Shown here: piece after piece, positions 1 through 10,199 of the stretch | How positions within the stretch are numbered: position 1 is the stretch's first letter | Layout: every line of letters begins with the position of its first letter | Assembly: GCA_965261545.1 (NCBI GenBank) | Contig: CBDHDF010000002.1 | Span: 288,001 to 352,000 of the forward strand | Reading direction: 5' to 3' | Origin: Bdellovibrionales bacterium | Lineage (GTDB): Bacteria > Bdellovibrionota > Bdellovibrionia > Bdellovibrionales > UBA1609 | Length of the DNA stretch: 64,000 bases | Notes under the pieces: generated by a model | Told to the model about the DNA's origin: nothing | The model's input: the letters and a program-made list of their open reading frames with translations, nothing else | The model's database searches: none | Translations under genes and position numbers: made by a program

Positions 1-912
1 TATTAATTCTTCCTTTTGCGCATTGGATTCTTCCTCTTGCGCATTGGATTCTTCCTCTTGCGCATTGGATTCTTCCTCTTCCACATTGGATTCTTCCTCT
101 TCCACATTGGGAGGAGCACTTGTTGGCGGCACAGTGGAAGGAGTGTTTGCCTGCTGTGTCGTGGGAGTCGTGATAGAGGCTGCAGCAAGCTTTGCCGCGC
201 GTCGAGCAGCTAAAATCGACTTAACATTAGGATTCCAATCAGGATGGTGAATGAACTTTCCCCGAGAATATGGGAAAACTAGTGGTTGTGGCTCACTTCC
301 ATCAGACTCAACTGCAGACCAATCCGAAGTTGTTGCCTTCTGTGTGCGAAGCTCAGCGTTGAGGAGAGCCCTCACCTTCGAGATAAATTGTCCGCATATA
401 ATAGTATAGGTATTTATCCAATGCGAACGAGTGCCATCTGTTCTTATGACATGTAGGTTCCAGCTTCTATAGAGCGAAGCATGATTTGGACGAATGGCGC
501 TAACTGTATTTTGATCACGTATGATAGGTTCTGCTGCATTCGAAGAGGTTGCATATGCCACATCATCTGATGATGATTTTTTGTAGTCAAAGCGATTCAG
601 CTGATATCCGGCGAAGTCATCTCCGGTGTACTTTGGCCAAATCAACTTTATTGACTTGTATTTCCAATGTAGGGGCGGAGCATTTTCGTTCCTTGAGCGA
701 TCGACAATAAGTTCTCCTTGGTCATTGATCACACTGTTCAGAGCTACCTTAAAATAATCTTTAATTCCATCTGGGTCTTCAATGCATTTCGCAGCATATG
801 CATTCATGGTCACCAAGGGTGATGCCATGGTCGTGATTAAGAGCACTACACAGAAATACTTCTCCCGACTCGTATTTACAAGATTTTCAAACTTAGATCT
901 TTCAAATTTCAT
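1..912 (-). CDS. Putative exported protein with Pro/Thr linker and acidic SN(V/A)(E/Q)EEE repeats; 3'-partial, runs off the window
   Basis: Manual translation: GGAGGAG RBS, ATG at 912, MKFERSKF...CVVLLITTMASPLVTMNAYAAK (signal-like). The frame stays open to position 1 (...PPTSAPPNVEEEESNVEEEESNAQEEE...). Probably absent from the ORF track because there is no stop in the window. Confidence 0.75.
   Translation of the reverse strand, partial: MKFERSKFENLVNTSREKYFCVVLLITTMASPLVTMNAYAAKCIEDPDGIKDYFKVALNSVINDQGELIVDRSRNENAPPLHWKYKSIKLIWPKYTGDDFAGYQLNRFDYKKSSSDDVAYATSSNAAEPIIRDQNTVSAIRPNHASLYRSWNLHVIRTDGTRSHWINTYTIICGQFISKVRALLNAELRTQKATTSDWSAVESDGSEPQPLVFPYSRGKFIHHPDWNPNVKSILAARRAAKLAAASITTPTTQQANTPSTVPPTSAPPNVEEEESNVEEEESNAQEEESNAQEEESNAQKEELI
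7..110. repeat. 21-bp tandem repeat (~5 units) encoding acidic heptapeptides on the minus strand
   Basis: Units TTCTTCCTCTT(GCG/CCA)CATTGGA are directly visible. Confidence 0.9.
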
Positions 913-988
913 TACTTGTCTCCTCCATCGATTCTACAATTTTATTTTATTCGGTACACTAAACGCCTACTACAAAAACTAATCTCTG

Positions 989-1135
989 GTAACTGCTCAC
1001 CCCTTTGGTGATTTAATTCGTTATCTGCGGCGATGGTTTCTTTCAAAGTACACAAAGTATACCTCCAGTTGCTGCCGCCCTGGTGCCTTCTGTCTCATCC
1101 AAGCGGTTAGCATCTAAAAGGATGTGAGTAGTTAT
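989..1135. mobile_element. MITE-like palindromic element with GTAAC-type termini
   Basis: Imperfect TIR GTAACTGCTCACCCCTTT / AAAAGGATGTGAGTAGTTAT; non-coding; no clear TSD. Confidence 0.45.
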
Positions 1136-1484
1136 GAATGTTTTTCCTCTAAAATACTGGATTTATTAATAAATCCTATTTTAATACACAACTCATGGGC
1201 GTGGGTGGGGAAGCAAGGCGCCCTCATGAATGTTGTAACCTCTGAAGATCTCTGAAGAAAAAAACTCAGCTGAATTATTATTGTTGATTTAATTATATTT
1301 TTTAATATTTACGTTATTAATCTATTATTATGTAAACATTATATTAAAACATAACCTTCATTGTTAGATTAGCAAAATATTATCATTAAATAAAGTGTTA
1401 ATTTAATATATTTCATAGTGCCCTACTTAATTGATGCTGCTCAAAATGAGAAAGTGACGAAAAATGGCACTTGGCGTTTCAAAT

Positions 1485-1865
1485 TTAAGTTATTTTTTGG
1501 GGAGATAGACCTTTTAAAACCCAACCAAATAAAGCCATTGAAGCAGGGATAGTGCCAATTATAGAAACAAGTACCCAGGAATGAACTTCATGTTTAAAAT
1601 AAATAATACATTCAATCAATATAAAGTATATTATATTAAAACAGATCAGAAACTTGAATGTTTTGTCAGCGTAATTTTCCCTAAGTTCCCTTTCTAATTT
1701 AATATCCTTAATCTTCTCCTGTCTCTTTTCATTTTTAAGAATACCCTTTTTAGTGTATTCATCAGGTTCAATGTTAGCTGATCTCTTATCAGTGATTTTA
1801 ATCTCATCTATTTTAGCGTTTGTTTTCGCATCAGAGATTCCTAAAGGTTTATTTTCATTGACCAT
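1485..1865 (-). CDS. Small membrane protein, candidate toxin partner of the Panacea antitoxin
   Basis: Translationally coupled (TAATG overlap at 1865); charged N-half and two C-terminal hydrophobic helices. Confidence 0.6.
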   Translation of the reverse strand: MVNENKPLGISDAKTNAKIDEIKITDKRSANIEPDEYTKKGILKNEKRQEKIKDIKLERELRENYADKTFKFLICFNIIYFILIECIIYFKHEVHSWVLVSIIGTIPASMALFGWVLKGLSPQKIT

Positions 1866-2377
1866 TAGTTAGAAGAATACTCACTGAGTTTTTTTTTGAA
1901 TGATTGCTTTATAACATCAGCTGAGATAATAGGTTTATTATCAAGATTATACTTACAATTTTCAGCAACAATAGTCCATGGCTCACCTTTATCATGAGTC
2001 ATATTAGATAGTTGAATGCCTATCTTATCACCATAACAATTCCATATATTCTCAAGAAAATTATCAATATTTTTTTCTACATGAGGTGCTTTTTCTCCAT
2101 TACTTAAAACAATATTACCTAATCTATCTATATTCCTTCTTCCAAATTCTCTAAATTCATAATAAAGAGACCGAATAACTGGACCGTGAGGCCAAGCCTC
2201 AATGTTTTCTTGAAATAATTGTGTATCGTAATAAACAAGATACCAGCCAGCAGCATAAAACGTGAGTTTGTTAATTTTTATTTGATCGCAAGGTGGAGCC
2301 GATTGATCTTGCCAGTTTTTTATTAAAAACCAATTTGCAATAGCTATTGGATAAGATGGATATATATTATGTGTCAT
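1865..2377 (-). CDS. Panacea (DUF4065)/SocA-family antitoxin
   Basis: Motifs IANWFL, KINKLTFYAAGWYL, LFQENIEAWPHGPVIRSLY, QLSNMTH..EPW are typical of DUF4065. Confidence 0.85.
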   Translation of the reverse strand: MTHNIYPSYPIAIANWFLIKNWQDQSAPPCDQIKINKLTFYAAGWYLVYYDTQLFQENIEAWPHGPVIRSLYYEFREFGRRNIDRLGNIVLSNGEKAPHVEKNIDNFLENIWNCYGDKIGIQLSNMTHDKGEPWTIVAENCKYNLDNKPIISADVIKQSFKKKLSEYSSN

Positions 2378-3362
2378 TTATGATCTCCATTCCTTAATTC
2401 CTTCATGTTACTCACTTACCTTCGAGTTTACTCTATGATTAGTGCGAAGACAATATGCGTCAAGCCGAAGGTGCTCCACCGACTGCCAGCCTTTTGTACA
2501 CCACCATTTAACCTAAGTCTATGGCAAATTGAGTAGTAAATTGACAATCCTTTAATTTATTTCTTGAATGATTTTTGATACTTAGAAGACCGTGTCTCAT
2601 ATTGGCTCATGAAGCAGCATCAATTAAGTAGGGCACTATGATATATTTAATATTTTATTTAATTTAGTACCCGTCAATAACGTCTAGAAATTTAATAGTA
2701 TTTTTATGAGACAATTCAGACTGTGCTGAAGGACTCCAAAAGTTTGACAGTTCCAGGATTCTAGGAAATCCTCCTTAAGAACCGCTCAAAGTTCAATAAG
2801 GAGGATTATATGAGTTATGAAAAACTCAAGCATACAACTTGGGATTGCAAATATCATGTTATATTTATTCCAAAGTTTAGGAAAAAGTCTATTTTTGGTC
2901 AACTCAAAAGGAGTCTTGGCCCTGTGTTTAAGGACTTGGCACGTCAAAAAGAAGCAAATATTGTGGAGAGCCATTTAATGGTGGACCATGTCCACATGCT
3001 TTGTCAGTTCCTCCCAAATACTCTGTTGCTCAAGTGGTGGGTTTTAAGGTAAGAGCGCTATGTGGGTTGCGAAACATGTTGCTGGAAAACAAAGAAATTG
3101 TGTGCCACGAAGTCACGGAGGTGACATGCTGATGTGAAGATGGAGGTAGGCCCTCCGTACTCGGATTTCAGGATTTGAGTGCAAACAACCTTGCTGCTGC
3201 ATGGGAGGCAAGGCCCTTGTAGTGAGCGAGCAAGGAAAAGGCCGTCGTAAACGGTCATGTAAGTACTAGGGAGATGAGCGAAAGCAAACCCACCGAAGAC
3301 GCATCGAAATGTTAACAGTCACGTCAAAACCGAAGGAAGAGTTTCTCCGTCGGGACAAGCCT

Positions 3363-4773
3363 CAATGCCGTTTCCTTAAGAAAAATCTCTTGAAATCATT
3401 AGATAAATCGACAAGAATAAGACTTGTTTTATTTTACACCCAACCCTCAACCAAGGAGTAAGTCACATGCAATCCAATATTGATCTCGAAAGCCCCCAAA
3501 TGACGAGTTCGCGTCACAGATGACCATTTTATTCTACCAAAACTTGATTCTTCCTTCAAGCCAGAGCACCTTGTCGATCCAGAAAAACAAAAAAGGAATC
3601 GAAAATTTAATCCTCAAATTTTCTTTTTTACCATTATCTATCTTATTTCCGGAACAAATTACGAAGGCTACCAAATCGCTCTTAAGACGGTATGGACTCA
3701 TTTTGGTGACCTGCTTCTCATGCCAGTCAAAAGCAGTCTCAGCAAGATACGTCAAAGTATTTCTTACCTATTTTTCAAAGATATCTTTGAATCTCTGATT
3801 ACAGACTACGAACCATTGAGAAAAACGTTTCATGGTTTTTATATCTATGCCATAGATGGCGACCAATTAGCACTTCCTCGCTCTAAAGATCTTTTAAAGG
3901 AGGGTTATTGTGGGTACCCTTGCCCAAATGAGATGGAAACTCATTTCTTACGTATGTATCTATCTCATGCTTATGACGTTTTATCGGGTGTGACAAAGAA
4001 TCTTTGCTTTTCTCCCGCTCTCAACGAAATCGCCAATGCTATTCAAATGATAGGTAGTTTTGAGAGTAATAGCATAACTCTCTACGATAGGCTTTATTTA
4101 TCTACAGAGATTATTAAGGCCCATGCTCAAGCCAGTAACTTCTTTATTGCGCGTTGTAAGCGAGGCTCTACTTTTATCCCCATCGTAAATTTATTTAATG
4201 GCCCAGGTTGGTATTCATAAATGGTTATTGAGGGGGTGGTCATTCATCTCTATAAGTATAAAAACCCAAAGACTGGGGAGTTCTCTGTTTTGGCCACTAA
4301 TCTTCCGCATGGCTCCTTGGACAAGAAGGATATGGTTGCTCTTTACTCTCGTCGTTGGGAAATAGAAACGACATTTCGTGATTTTACATCGACAATGAAA
4401 ATGGAGCAGTGGCACTCAACAAGCCTTAATGGAATATTGCAAGAGCTGTATTCTTATTTTTGGCTCTTCAATTATACAAAGATTCAAATGAGCATAAATG
4501 AGGATGAAGACAGTGTGAATCAGTTGGTAAAAAATGACTACAAAAAACCTAACTTTAAACTGATTCTTGATTTCATAATGGATAGCATCCCTCTTTTTGT
4601 TGCGGGGCTCTATCAGAAATTTAGGAAGCAGATAAAGTTGCTGATGAAGATTTCAATGGAGAAGAGGAGGCACTTCAAAAGAAGCTATGAAAGGTCTATC
4701 AAAAGGGCTGGGAGTTCTTTTAAAAGAAATAGCTTAACGCAGAGGGGTGTGGTGGCTTAAGGAAACGGCATTG
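3363..4773 (+). mobile_element. IS4-family insertion sequence, copy 1
   Basis: 18-bp TIR CAATGCCGTTTCCTTAAG; 10-bp TSD GGACAAGCCT; near-identical to 58539-59949. Confidence 0.92.
3467..4760 (+). pseudogene. IS4-family DDE transposase with an internal nonsense codon
   Basis: YAIDGD, LYDRLY and LYSRRWEIETTFR motifs; TAA at 4218-4220 where copy 2 has CAA. Confidence 0.85.
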
Positions 4774-5327
4774 GGACAAGCCTAGAGGAAGCCTGATGAC
4801 CGATCTAGACGGCGTGCGGTGTATATAGGGGGCTGAACTAGTACAGGCTTCGTATCGGAACGCGGGAACCTGCTGGTGGATGATAAGGGAGACCCCCGAA
4901 GTGCTAAATACCGATGCCACCAACCAGGGGCAGAGTGATTCGTAGTAGTGATGAAGTTCTTGTAATGAGAATGGAGCGAAGGGGTCACATGATTTATGGA
5001 AGTAGTCAGGCCAACTTGGTTATGCTGAGGAGGAGCCTAACAAAACGGAAAATCATAGGAGCCGTGTGAGGGGCAGTGGGGGAAGTTCCCATTGCCTACT
5101 CAATTTTCAGGCCAAAGCTTTTGGTCTAGAGGATACTTTGTATCAACGGTTGGTCGAGATAAGATTGTCATTCGAGAGTACATCAAAAATCAAGAGGTGG
5201 AAGACCAGCGGGTAGATCAACTAAAGTTGTTTTAAATTATAGCCGGCGTAGCCGGCCAGACCGCTTTGAGCGGTCACCTTTTGGAACCTCCAGCTTTACT
5301 GGAGGGGCAACCATTAAGCTATTTCTT

Positions 5328-5431
5328 GTAACTGTTCAGGGGGTAGCAGAGTTCAAGAGGTAAATTGCTCCTTCTTATCAGAGAAAATATAAATCTCTCT
5401 CTGTAAACTCATGCCCCCCCTGAATAGATAC
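5328..5431. mobile_element. ~104-bp MITE with GTAAC-type TIR
   Basis: GTAACTGTTCAGGGGG...CCCCCCTGAATAGATAC; flanks GCTATTTCTT / GTTATTTCTT; reverse-complement copies at 55188-55291 and 58523-60047. Confidence 0.7.
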
Positions 5432-5633
5432 GTTATTTCTTTGTCTTTGTGAAGAAATTCCCTAGATCCATTTAAAAAATATTCTTTGGATTTCAAGCCA
5501 TAGTTTTTAAAATTGTAGTGGGATTGCACGGTGATTAACCTGAATTTCTGCCCAGAAGTATACACCAGGTTTCTTAAGGGCGTATCACATGGTTTTTGAG
5601 AACATTTGAGTCTACTGATCGTAATATTCTTTC

Positions 5634-7521
5634 GAGCCTGTAAACTATTTTGTGTAACTGCCGAATCATATTAGGATGAACTATCATCCTGAAAGGAGAA
5701 GGCAGAATGGATATCAAGACAATAGGCAAGGAACTAGCGAAGAACGTCAAGACCCAAAAGGATTTATCCGACATAACGGGTCAACTGATGAAGGTTGTTT
5801 TAGAGACGGCCCTTAATGCGGAAATGGACGATCACCTAGGTTATGAGAGGCATGAGAAGTCTGAGACCCGCAAATCCAACACTCGCAATGGTTACAGTAG
5901 AAAGACCATAAAGGGAGAGAAAGGCGAGGTGGAGCTTCAGGTCCCCCGTGACCGAAGTGCCTCCTTTGAACCTCAAGTCATTCCCAAGGGTAAGACTCGT
6001 CTTGAGGGCTTTGAAGACAGTATCCTGACCCTCTATGCGAGGGGAATGACGACCAGGGATATTCAAGGAGCTATCAAAGACCTCTACCATGGTGCAGAGA
6101 TATCCCACTCAGTGATAGCCAACGTGACGGATGCTGTTATTGATGAAGTTACGGCTTGGCAGAACCGCCCCTTGGATAGCACTTACCCTATCGTATTTTT
6201 GGACTGTATCGTGGTGAAGGTCCATCAAGACAAGAGAGTTATTAATAAGGCGATTTACCTAGCTCTTGGTATTACAGAGGAGGGTCAGAAAGACTTGTTG
6301 GGCCTATGGATTTCTGAAAATGAGGGTTCAAAGTTTTGGTTGAGTGTTTTGACTGAGCTGCAAAATCGAGGGTTGAAAGATGTATTTATATTTTCTGTAG
6401 ATGGTCTTACAGGTTTTCCTCAAGCCATTTCAGCGGCTTTTCCCAAGTCTAAAGTGCAACTGTGCATTGTCCATATGGTCCGCAATTCCCTTCGCTATGT
6501 TCCTTCCAAGGATATGAAAGCTGTCGCCCAAGACCTCAAGTCCATTTATGGCTCTACGACTCTGACAGAAGCTGAAAAGGCCCTTGAGGAATTTTGTACC
6601 AAGTGGTCTTCAAAGTATCCGAATATTGAAAAGTCTTGGCGTAGGAATTGGGACAATCTCATCACTATTTTCGATTATCCGGATGAAATCAGAAAGATTT
6701 TTTATACCACAAACGCCATAGAGTCGTTAAATAGCGTGATCCGCAAGGCGATCAGAAATCGTAAGATATTTCCCAGTGATCGGTCGGCTTTAAAAGTTGT
6801 ATATTTAGCGATAAAAATGGCCTCTAAGCGATGGACACGACCATTACACAACTGGAAGCCAGCCATGAACAGGTTTGCCATTGAATACGGTGACCGTTTT
6901 GACAACTAAGTTTTTTAATAAGGTCCACCACCTGCCTTATAAGGGGGCTTAAAAGCCCCTCTAAGGCGTTGACAGAAGTACTGGAATACCGAGACTATGG
7001 TTAGGGTAATATAGTATGGGAACCTAAATACATGCCCTCTTGGTGCAGATTTGGGTTTCCATTTTTTTTCATATTTCATCCCAATTCTGGTATTTCTCGA
7101 ATATCCTAAGTTAAAAAAAATAAAAAAAAGGGGGTAATATAGTATGGGAACCTAAACACATGAACCCTTTGATGAGATTGGAATTTCCATTTTTTTGAGA
7201 GAGCCATTGCTGATTTTTTTTCAACCAAGATGATAATTATTTATTTGAGTTCTTTCCAGTTCTGATATGATCCCATTACGGCTCCATAATACAATCAAAA
7301 GTCCAGAGTAACTAAAGAGGCCAATTATATAGACCAGCGAAGATGTCCCCTCCCCATTAACTTATAATGCATTGTGACTGACAAAATCGCTTGAAGGAAA
7401 AAATGTCAATTATACATTGACGAATAATATGGGACTGTGCTTTTTACCAGGAGTGGAGCCACATAAGTGGCTTTAAGATTTAAGAAAAAAATTGCAGTTA
7501 CACAATTATTTTTACAGTCCC
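5634..7521 (+). mobile_element. IS256-family insertion sequence with ~580-bp 3' extension
   Basis: TIRs GAGCCTGTAAACTATTTTGTGTAACTGC / GCAGTTACACAATTATTTTTACAGTCCC; 8-bp TSD ATTCTTTC. Confidence 0.9.
5707..6909 (+). CDS. IS256-family (Mutator-type) transposase
   Basis: NTRNGY, VPRDR, YPIVFLDC, SVDGLTGF, QLCIVH and YTTNAIESLN motifs; GAAAGGAG RBS. Confidence 0.95.
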   Translation: MDIKTIGKELAKNVKTQKDLSDITGQLMKVVLETALNAEMDDHLGYERHEKSETRKSNTRNGYSRKTIKGEKGEVELQVPRDRSASFEPQVIPKGKTRLEGFEDSILTLYARGMTTRDIQGAIKDLYHGAEISHSVIANVTDAVIDEVTAWQNRPLDSTYPIVFLDCIVVKVHQDKRVINKAIYLALGITEEGQKDLLGLWISENEGSKFWLSVLTELQNRGLKDVFIFSVDGLTGFPQAISAAFPKSKVQLCIVHMVRNSLRYVPSKDMKAVAQDLKSIYGSTTLTEAEKALEEFCTKWSSKYPNIEKSWRRNWDNLITIFDYPDEIRKIFYTTNAIESLNSVIRKAIRNRKIFPSDRSALKVVYLAIKMASKRWTRPLHNWKPAMNRFAIEYGDRFDN

Positions 7522-8990
7522 ATTCTTTCTTGATGTTTACTTAAAGTCACAGATCTAATAAATTTATTTTTCTTTTTATTATCACAAAAATAAACATTGT
7601 ACATATCCTCTAAATCTTCAATTGCTTTTTCTGACGATATATCTATGCCTTTAGATTTTAAGTTTAATTTTAAAATTGATAGTATAAGATAAGATAAATA
7701 GCATATAAACACGTGAGTCTCCACACGTTTTTTTAATCTAAATCGAATAGGCCTTAACTTTGATACTCCCTTAAGAGTACGAAATGCTTTTTCTATAATA
7801 TCTTTATCATAATAAAGTCTTACCATATCTTCATCAGGTATATTTTTAGTACAAAAAATACATGAGTATCCATCAAATTCTTCAGCATTTTGAAGTACGA
7901 ATTCTCTTAATCTTCCTGTAGAAGTTAAATATTTATCAAGACCGATCAAAATTTCTTTATTTTCATTTATTAATTTCTGAGCTTCCACAATTTTGTTTCT
8001 TCTAGATTCTTTAATCTCTATTCTCTTAGTCTCATTATAACAAATGGCTAATTTTCCTTTAATCGATCCAAATTTGTGTGGAATTCCTTTGACATAAATA
8101 ACATTTCCATTTATTTGAACCATGTTAGAAAATTGATCCATAGACCCCTTCTTCAACAATTTTCTAATGGCATTCTTTTCTTTTTCTCTCATTGTTAATC
8201 CACAAAGTGTTTTCCAGCCCATTTTACCTATAGAATTTAGGTTTTTTTCAGAGGTGATGCCTCGGTCATATACAAATAAACCTGAATTCAATCGGTACTC
8301 ACTAAAACTATCTGAAAGAGACATTAAGGTTCTACTGTCATGAATATTTCCCTTGAAACTTTTATGAAAAACTGGGATGCCTTCTTTTTGAGTTGTTGCT
8401 AAACCTATTTGTATGAGGTCATTTTGACGTTTGCCATCTTTACTCTTTCCTTTCTCTCCAAAACCACATGTTTTTCCATGAAAATAAGTATTTGTTACAT
8501 CGTAAACAATTCCTTTTGAATTTAATTTATATATCTTCTTTACATTGTTAAAGATATTTCTTTGATATTCATGTATCTTAGATTCATTTAGATTATCCAT
8601 GGCTGAGACTAAACGATTTTCTGTTAGCTTGTCTAAACCTAAAAGAAGATTTAAATCTGTACGCTTATACCATGATGGCATTTTGTGAACACTCTTATAA
8701 TCCATACAATGAGCATAAACCATACTTAATATTTCATTAGAATATTCTCCTAGAATATCTGGAAGATTAATCTTCTTCGCAATACTATGAAATACAAGAA
8801 GTGGGCCATAAATTTTTACACTATCAACTTGAAGATCTTTTGATGAAAGAGAAATTACTGTTTCACCGTCGACTTCTTTGCCAAGATAACGAATGTGTTT
8901 TTGCACAGACTTACCATCAATCCACTTATTTTCAACCTCAGCTAAATAAACTTGACCGTTCTTTTTCTTTATTCTTCTTATAAAACTCAT
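7512..8990 (-). CDS. IS1634-family transposase, C-terminus displaced by IS256 (original end ERILRSVDSNVLKNHVIRP* at 5574-5633)
   Basis: YDVTNTYFHG, GKSKDGKR..LIQIGL, FVYDRG, IEKAFRTLK, LRPIRFR..RVETHVFICYLSY motifs. Confidence 0.85.
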   Translation of the reverse strand: MSFIRRIKKKNGQVYLAEVENKWIDGKSVQKHIRYLGKEVDGETVISLSSKDLQVDSVKIYGPLLVFHSIAKKINLPDILGEYSNEILSMVYAHCMDYKSVHKMPSWYKRTDLNLLLGLDKLTENRLVSAMDNLNESKIHEYQRNIFNNVKKIYKLNSKGIVYDVTNTYFHGKTCGFGEKGKSKDGKRQNDLIQIGLATTQKEGIPVFHKSFKGNIHDSRTLMSLSDSFSEYRLNSGLFVYDRGITSEKNLNSIGKMGWKTLCGLTMREKEKNAIRKLLKKGSMDQFSNMVQINGNVIYVKGIPHKFGSIKGKLAICYNETKRIEIKESRRNKIVEAQKLINENKEILIGLDKYLTSTGRLREFVLQNAEEFDGYSCIFCTKNIPDEDMVRLYYDKDIIEKAFRTLKGVSKLRPIRFRLKKRVETHVFICYLSYLILSILKLNLKSKGIDISSEKAIEDLEDMYNVYFCDNKKKNKFIRSVTLSKHQERMGL

Positions 8991-10199
8991 TTCACCCCCT
9001 TTGTCATGGTGTATATTTTATACACCATTTTTGAGAAAATGAAAATAGATTTTTTATTAAAATCTAAGAAAAAATTGAATTTTCCCTTTGAAAATGAGAT
9101 TTTTTCAAAATTTTTGAAGAAGAATAATCCTGGTGTATATTTTTAACCATGAATTCAGGTGATTAAATAAGAGAAAAAAGGTTTATCTTGATCAAAATCT
9201 TTCTTCATATACTGAACGGATTGTTGGTAAAAAGGAGCATCTAAGGCTCCCATCGTTCCCATCTGTGCTCCTTGAAAGGATTCTTTACCGAAGTGCTTTC
9301 TCTCAATGCCTATGCTTTCATGGAGTTGATTGCGTCTAAAGAAATTAATTTCATTGGCGTGGAAAGAGGCTGTTTGGTAACCTTCTTCTTTGAGAAGATC
9401 GACGAGTGTGAAGTAGGATTTTTTGACATTAAAGGGCTTGGCAGGATGTGGGAAGAGGCTTGTAAAACACCTCTTTCAGGGTCGGAGCTTCCCCCCGAGT
9501 TGTGGATGGCATAGAAATTCTCAAAATTATGAGAAAATTCTTTGAAAGTACTTGAAAAATAGAATTTATAGGAACAATAAGATTCATAAGGACGAAGATA
9601 AAACTATAGAGAACGAGTCTTTTGTACACCATTTTTTTATAAAGTTTTATTTCTTGAAAGTTGGTAAAAAAGAGGAGAGAGGAAGTAAGAACCAACAAAG
9701 TCATGCTGTGGCCAGGGTGAAAAGTCCATAGACTCCAAGAAACAAAAGGAGAATATTGATATAGTTGTATGCAAAACATGAAATAATGAATGAATAAACA
9801 AAAGAACACAAAAAACGAGGCCCCGATGGGCGAGGAGAGAAACCAATGAACAATTCCATTGTGGATGATGTTGGAATTTAGTTTCTTATCCGGACGGGAG
9901 GGCTTACTTGTTATTATGTTATGATGAATATGAAAAAGTTGCACCTGGTCACCATCTGGAGGTTTTTTTATTGAACTTATTATATAAATTTATTATAAAT
10001 TTCCTTATAAAAAGGCACCCTATGCTACCAAGGACACCAATAAGAAATGGTCCAGAGATAAGGTCTTGCAAAAATGACTCTCTACGCACAAGCGGCAATA
10101 ACGAGTCGCATTATTTCTTATCGGTTGCATGAAATCAATAGTGAATGCTAGAAAGTTCAAACAACTTCCCTTAATTTTAATAACTTAGGAGTCAATATC

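Larger units (their letters stand above)
1414..2640. mobile_element. Non-autonomous transposable cassette (mobile insertion cassette) carrying a two-gene TA-like module
   Basis: Perfect 28-bp TIRs CATAGTGCCCTACTTAATTGATGCTGCT (1414-1441 / 2613-2640); 8-bp direct repeat ATATATTT on both flanks (1406-1413, 2641-2648); no transposase inside. Confidence 0.85.
3100..5104 (+). ncRNA. ORF-less, degenerate group II intron (IIB/class D-like), interrupted by IS4
   Basis: 5' GTGTG; 3' ...CCTACTCAAT; domain V start GAGCCGTGTGAG is internally deleted; EBS1 AGTTTCT (3340-3346, in a hairpin) can pair with 5' exon AGAAATT; precise removal restores the tnpA frame; about 584 nt without the IS4. Confidence 0.85.
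2810..5236 (+). pseudogene. tnpA: IS200/IS605-family Y1 transposase (tnpA), frameshifted and split by a group II intron
   Basis: HTTWDCKYHVIFIPKFRKK and DHVHML (HuH) motifs. After removing 3100-5104 the exons join as AGA AAT TTT TCA GGC CAA AGC TTT TGG = RNFSGQSFWSRGYFVSTVG...DQLKLF*. Right-end hairpin CCTCCAG-CTTTA-CTGGAGG near 5287-5305. Confidence 0.85.
5539..9159 (-). mobile_element. IS1634-family insertion sequence, containing the IS256 insertion
   Basis: Imperfect TIRs CCTGAATT..TATACACCAGG / CCTGGTGTATA..GAATTCAGG; 7-bp direct repeat TGATTAA on both sides. Confidence 0.8.
5432..9944 (-). pseudogene. LTA synthase/sulfatase (alkaline phosphatase superfamily) pseudogene split by IS1634
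   Basis: Manual translation across frameshifts: TM segment, then FENFYAIHNSGGSSDPE, LLKEEGYQTASFHANEINFFRR, and DKPFFSYLI|TVQSHYNF joined across the IS1634 TSD. Confidence 0.65.

Noticed and set aside
3100..5104. Retroelement-driven diversification (DGR/retron) of the arrays
   Set aside because: No reverse transcriptase ORF in the window; the intron is RT-less, and array variation is repeat-number change plus scattered SNPs, not adenine-specific mutagenesis.
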